Shown here in pieces: positions 62,661 through 64,000 of a stretch of 64,000 nucleotides of DNA; position 1 is the stretch's first letter; every line of letters begins with the position of its first letter. This DNA comes from Tubiluchus corallicola (Eukaryota; Animalia; Priapulida). The notes beneath the pieces are model-generated. The model did no database searches, was not told the DNA's origin, and saw nothing but the letters and a program-made list of their open reading frames with translations. The stretch covers positions 383,971-447,970 of the forward strand of contig JAQGDQ010000050.1 in NCBI GenBank assembly GCA_030141605.1, written 5' to 3'. Made by a program: the position numbers and the translations under genes.

Positions 62661-64000
62661 CACACGATCAATCTCTTATTAAGTTCTAAAAACCCAAAAG
62701 CACGATTCCTGGAAGAAACAGTGAGAGCTTATTACACAGTCGGATTTGATGAGAAAAAGTTGCAATCTACGAAGCTTACAAAAATTTCAAGTTACAAAGT
62801 AATTACGTTACAATACAATATGTCAACCACACATGTTTACGTAGTTATTATTACAGGCTTTTAGGCCCGTTCATTTATTATTTGCTAGTAATTCTAACAA
62901 AAAGGCTGTGTTGCTGTTACCTAACTGTTATTCTTGTTATGTAGTAGTATTGTTTCTAATTCACGTTTGTCATTCGTCATTTTATCTAAACTAAGAAAGA
63001 CGCAGCATGAGGTGGTTATTTAATGTACTATTTATCTGTGGAAATTTAGGATCGTTTAAAAGCGACTGCTGCTTTTACTGTCCATAACATAAAAATTATG
63101 GAAGGTTGCACATCGCAACCAAATCTGAATGTGGAACGTGTCTTTCACTGAGACTACCACAAGTGTAGCCATTGCGCATTCTTTTAGAACTTAATAGGTT
63201 AGAACAGTATAACAAATGTGCTTTAATGTACTTAACACACATACATTTGGCTTAGCTATTTTGAAAATGATGCAACATGCTGACACAACTTTGTAGTTTG
63301 CGAATAATGATTTTGCTGTGAATACAAAAGAAAAATAACTGAATGGTCATTTTGACTGCTTGGCTGTGAAGTCGGGCAGCGCTGAGCATGGCTAGTAAGT
63401 CGGCTGGGAAAGCTTCGTTGAGGGAGGGATTCGATGTATATGCCGAACCTGCCTTAGTCTTGATACGCCCTTTAAGTGCTAAATTTCGTAAATTTTTTTA
63501 AAAAATATTTAGAATATTATCTGTTTCCTGTTATTGCATGTCACTGCGTTTCATTTCATTAGACTGTTTACATTAGCATAAAACAATGAGCCTGTTCCCT
63601 CGCGTTTGACAAGTGAGAAAAACATCAAATGTAGCAATTTCGTTGTGCTAATTGACAATATGATGATCCATTTTATTAAAAAACATCCATTTTGGATTAC
63701 AAGACTTCAACAACGCCTACCTGTGTAATTTTCTCTGTGTCTTTATGTAACTTGATTTTTCTGAGAAAAATCGTTGGAAATTTGAAACGCCAACACATTT
63801 GCAGTAGTTATTTTGGAAGAAAAAGTTTTACCTGATATTGAAATCATGGGTCTTTTATAATTCGTGCATGACTTACAATACCCGGAAGAGAATAAAAATG
63901 ATAAAAGCGTGTGGCTCTAGCTAATATTTCAAGTTTGTTTCAAAGAAATCGAAATTTACGTCAGCCAAAGCAGCTCTTTTCAGCATGATATATGTTCTCT

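Overview
AT-rich, intron-rich animal (invertebrate-like) nuclear DNA. No prokaryotic features, rRNA, intact tRNA genes or CRISPR arrays were found. Five protein-coding genes were reconstructed by hand from GT-AG exons: (1) the 3' part of a RhoBTB gene (+, 1-4683); (2) a small two-exon orphan gene for a 112-aa secreted, neuropeptide-precursor-like protein (+, 10133-10793); (3) a HAUS8/AUG8 (augmin, QWRF-like) gene with 13 coding exons (-, 10997-26992; non-coding first exon near 30.9-31.0 kb); (4) a BRF2-like TFIIIB subunit with an intronless CDS (+, 46049-47191); (5) the 3' part of a four-GoLoco GPSM/AGS3/LGN-like gene (-, 53847-59948, 5' end not resolved). A near-identical 5,193-bp tandem duplication (30695-41085) copies the likely HAUS8 promoter and first exon. 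The rest is a mosaic of MITEs (pogo/Tc1, hAT, Kolobok-like, Mutator-like), an internally deleted hAT, LINE fragments (L2, CR1, I/Nimb, RTE) and a tRNA-derived SINE. The best novelty candidate is the orphan secreted propeptide. Also notable: a BRF2 apparently lacking the LPPC redox pin, a CCA-bearing tRNA-Phe cDNA fragment, and a decayed coding minisatellite in a HAUS8 intron. Family assignments come from motif recognition from memory; no searches were run.
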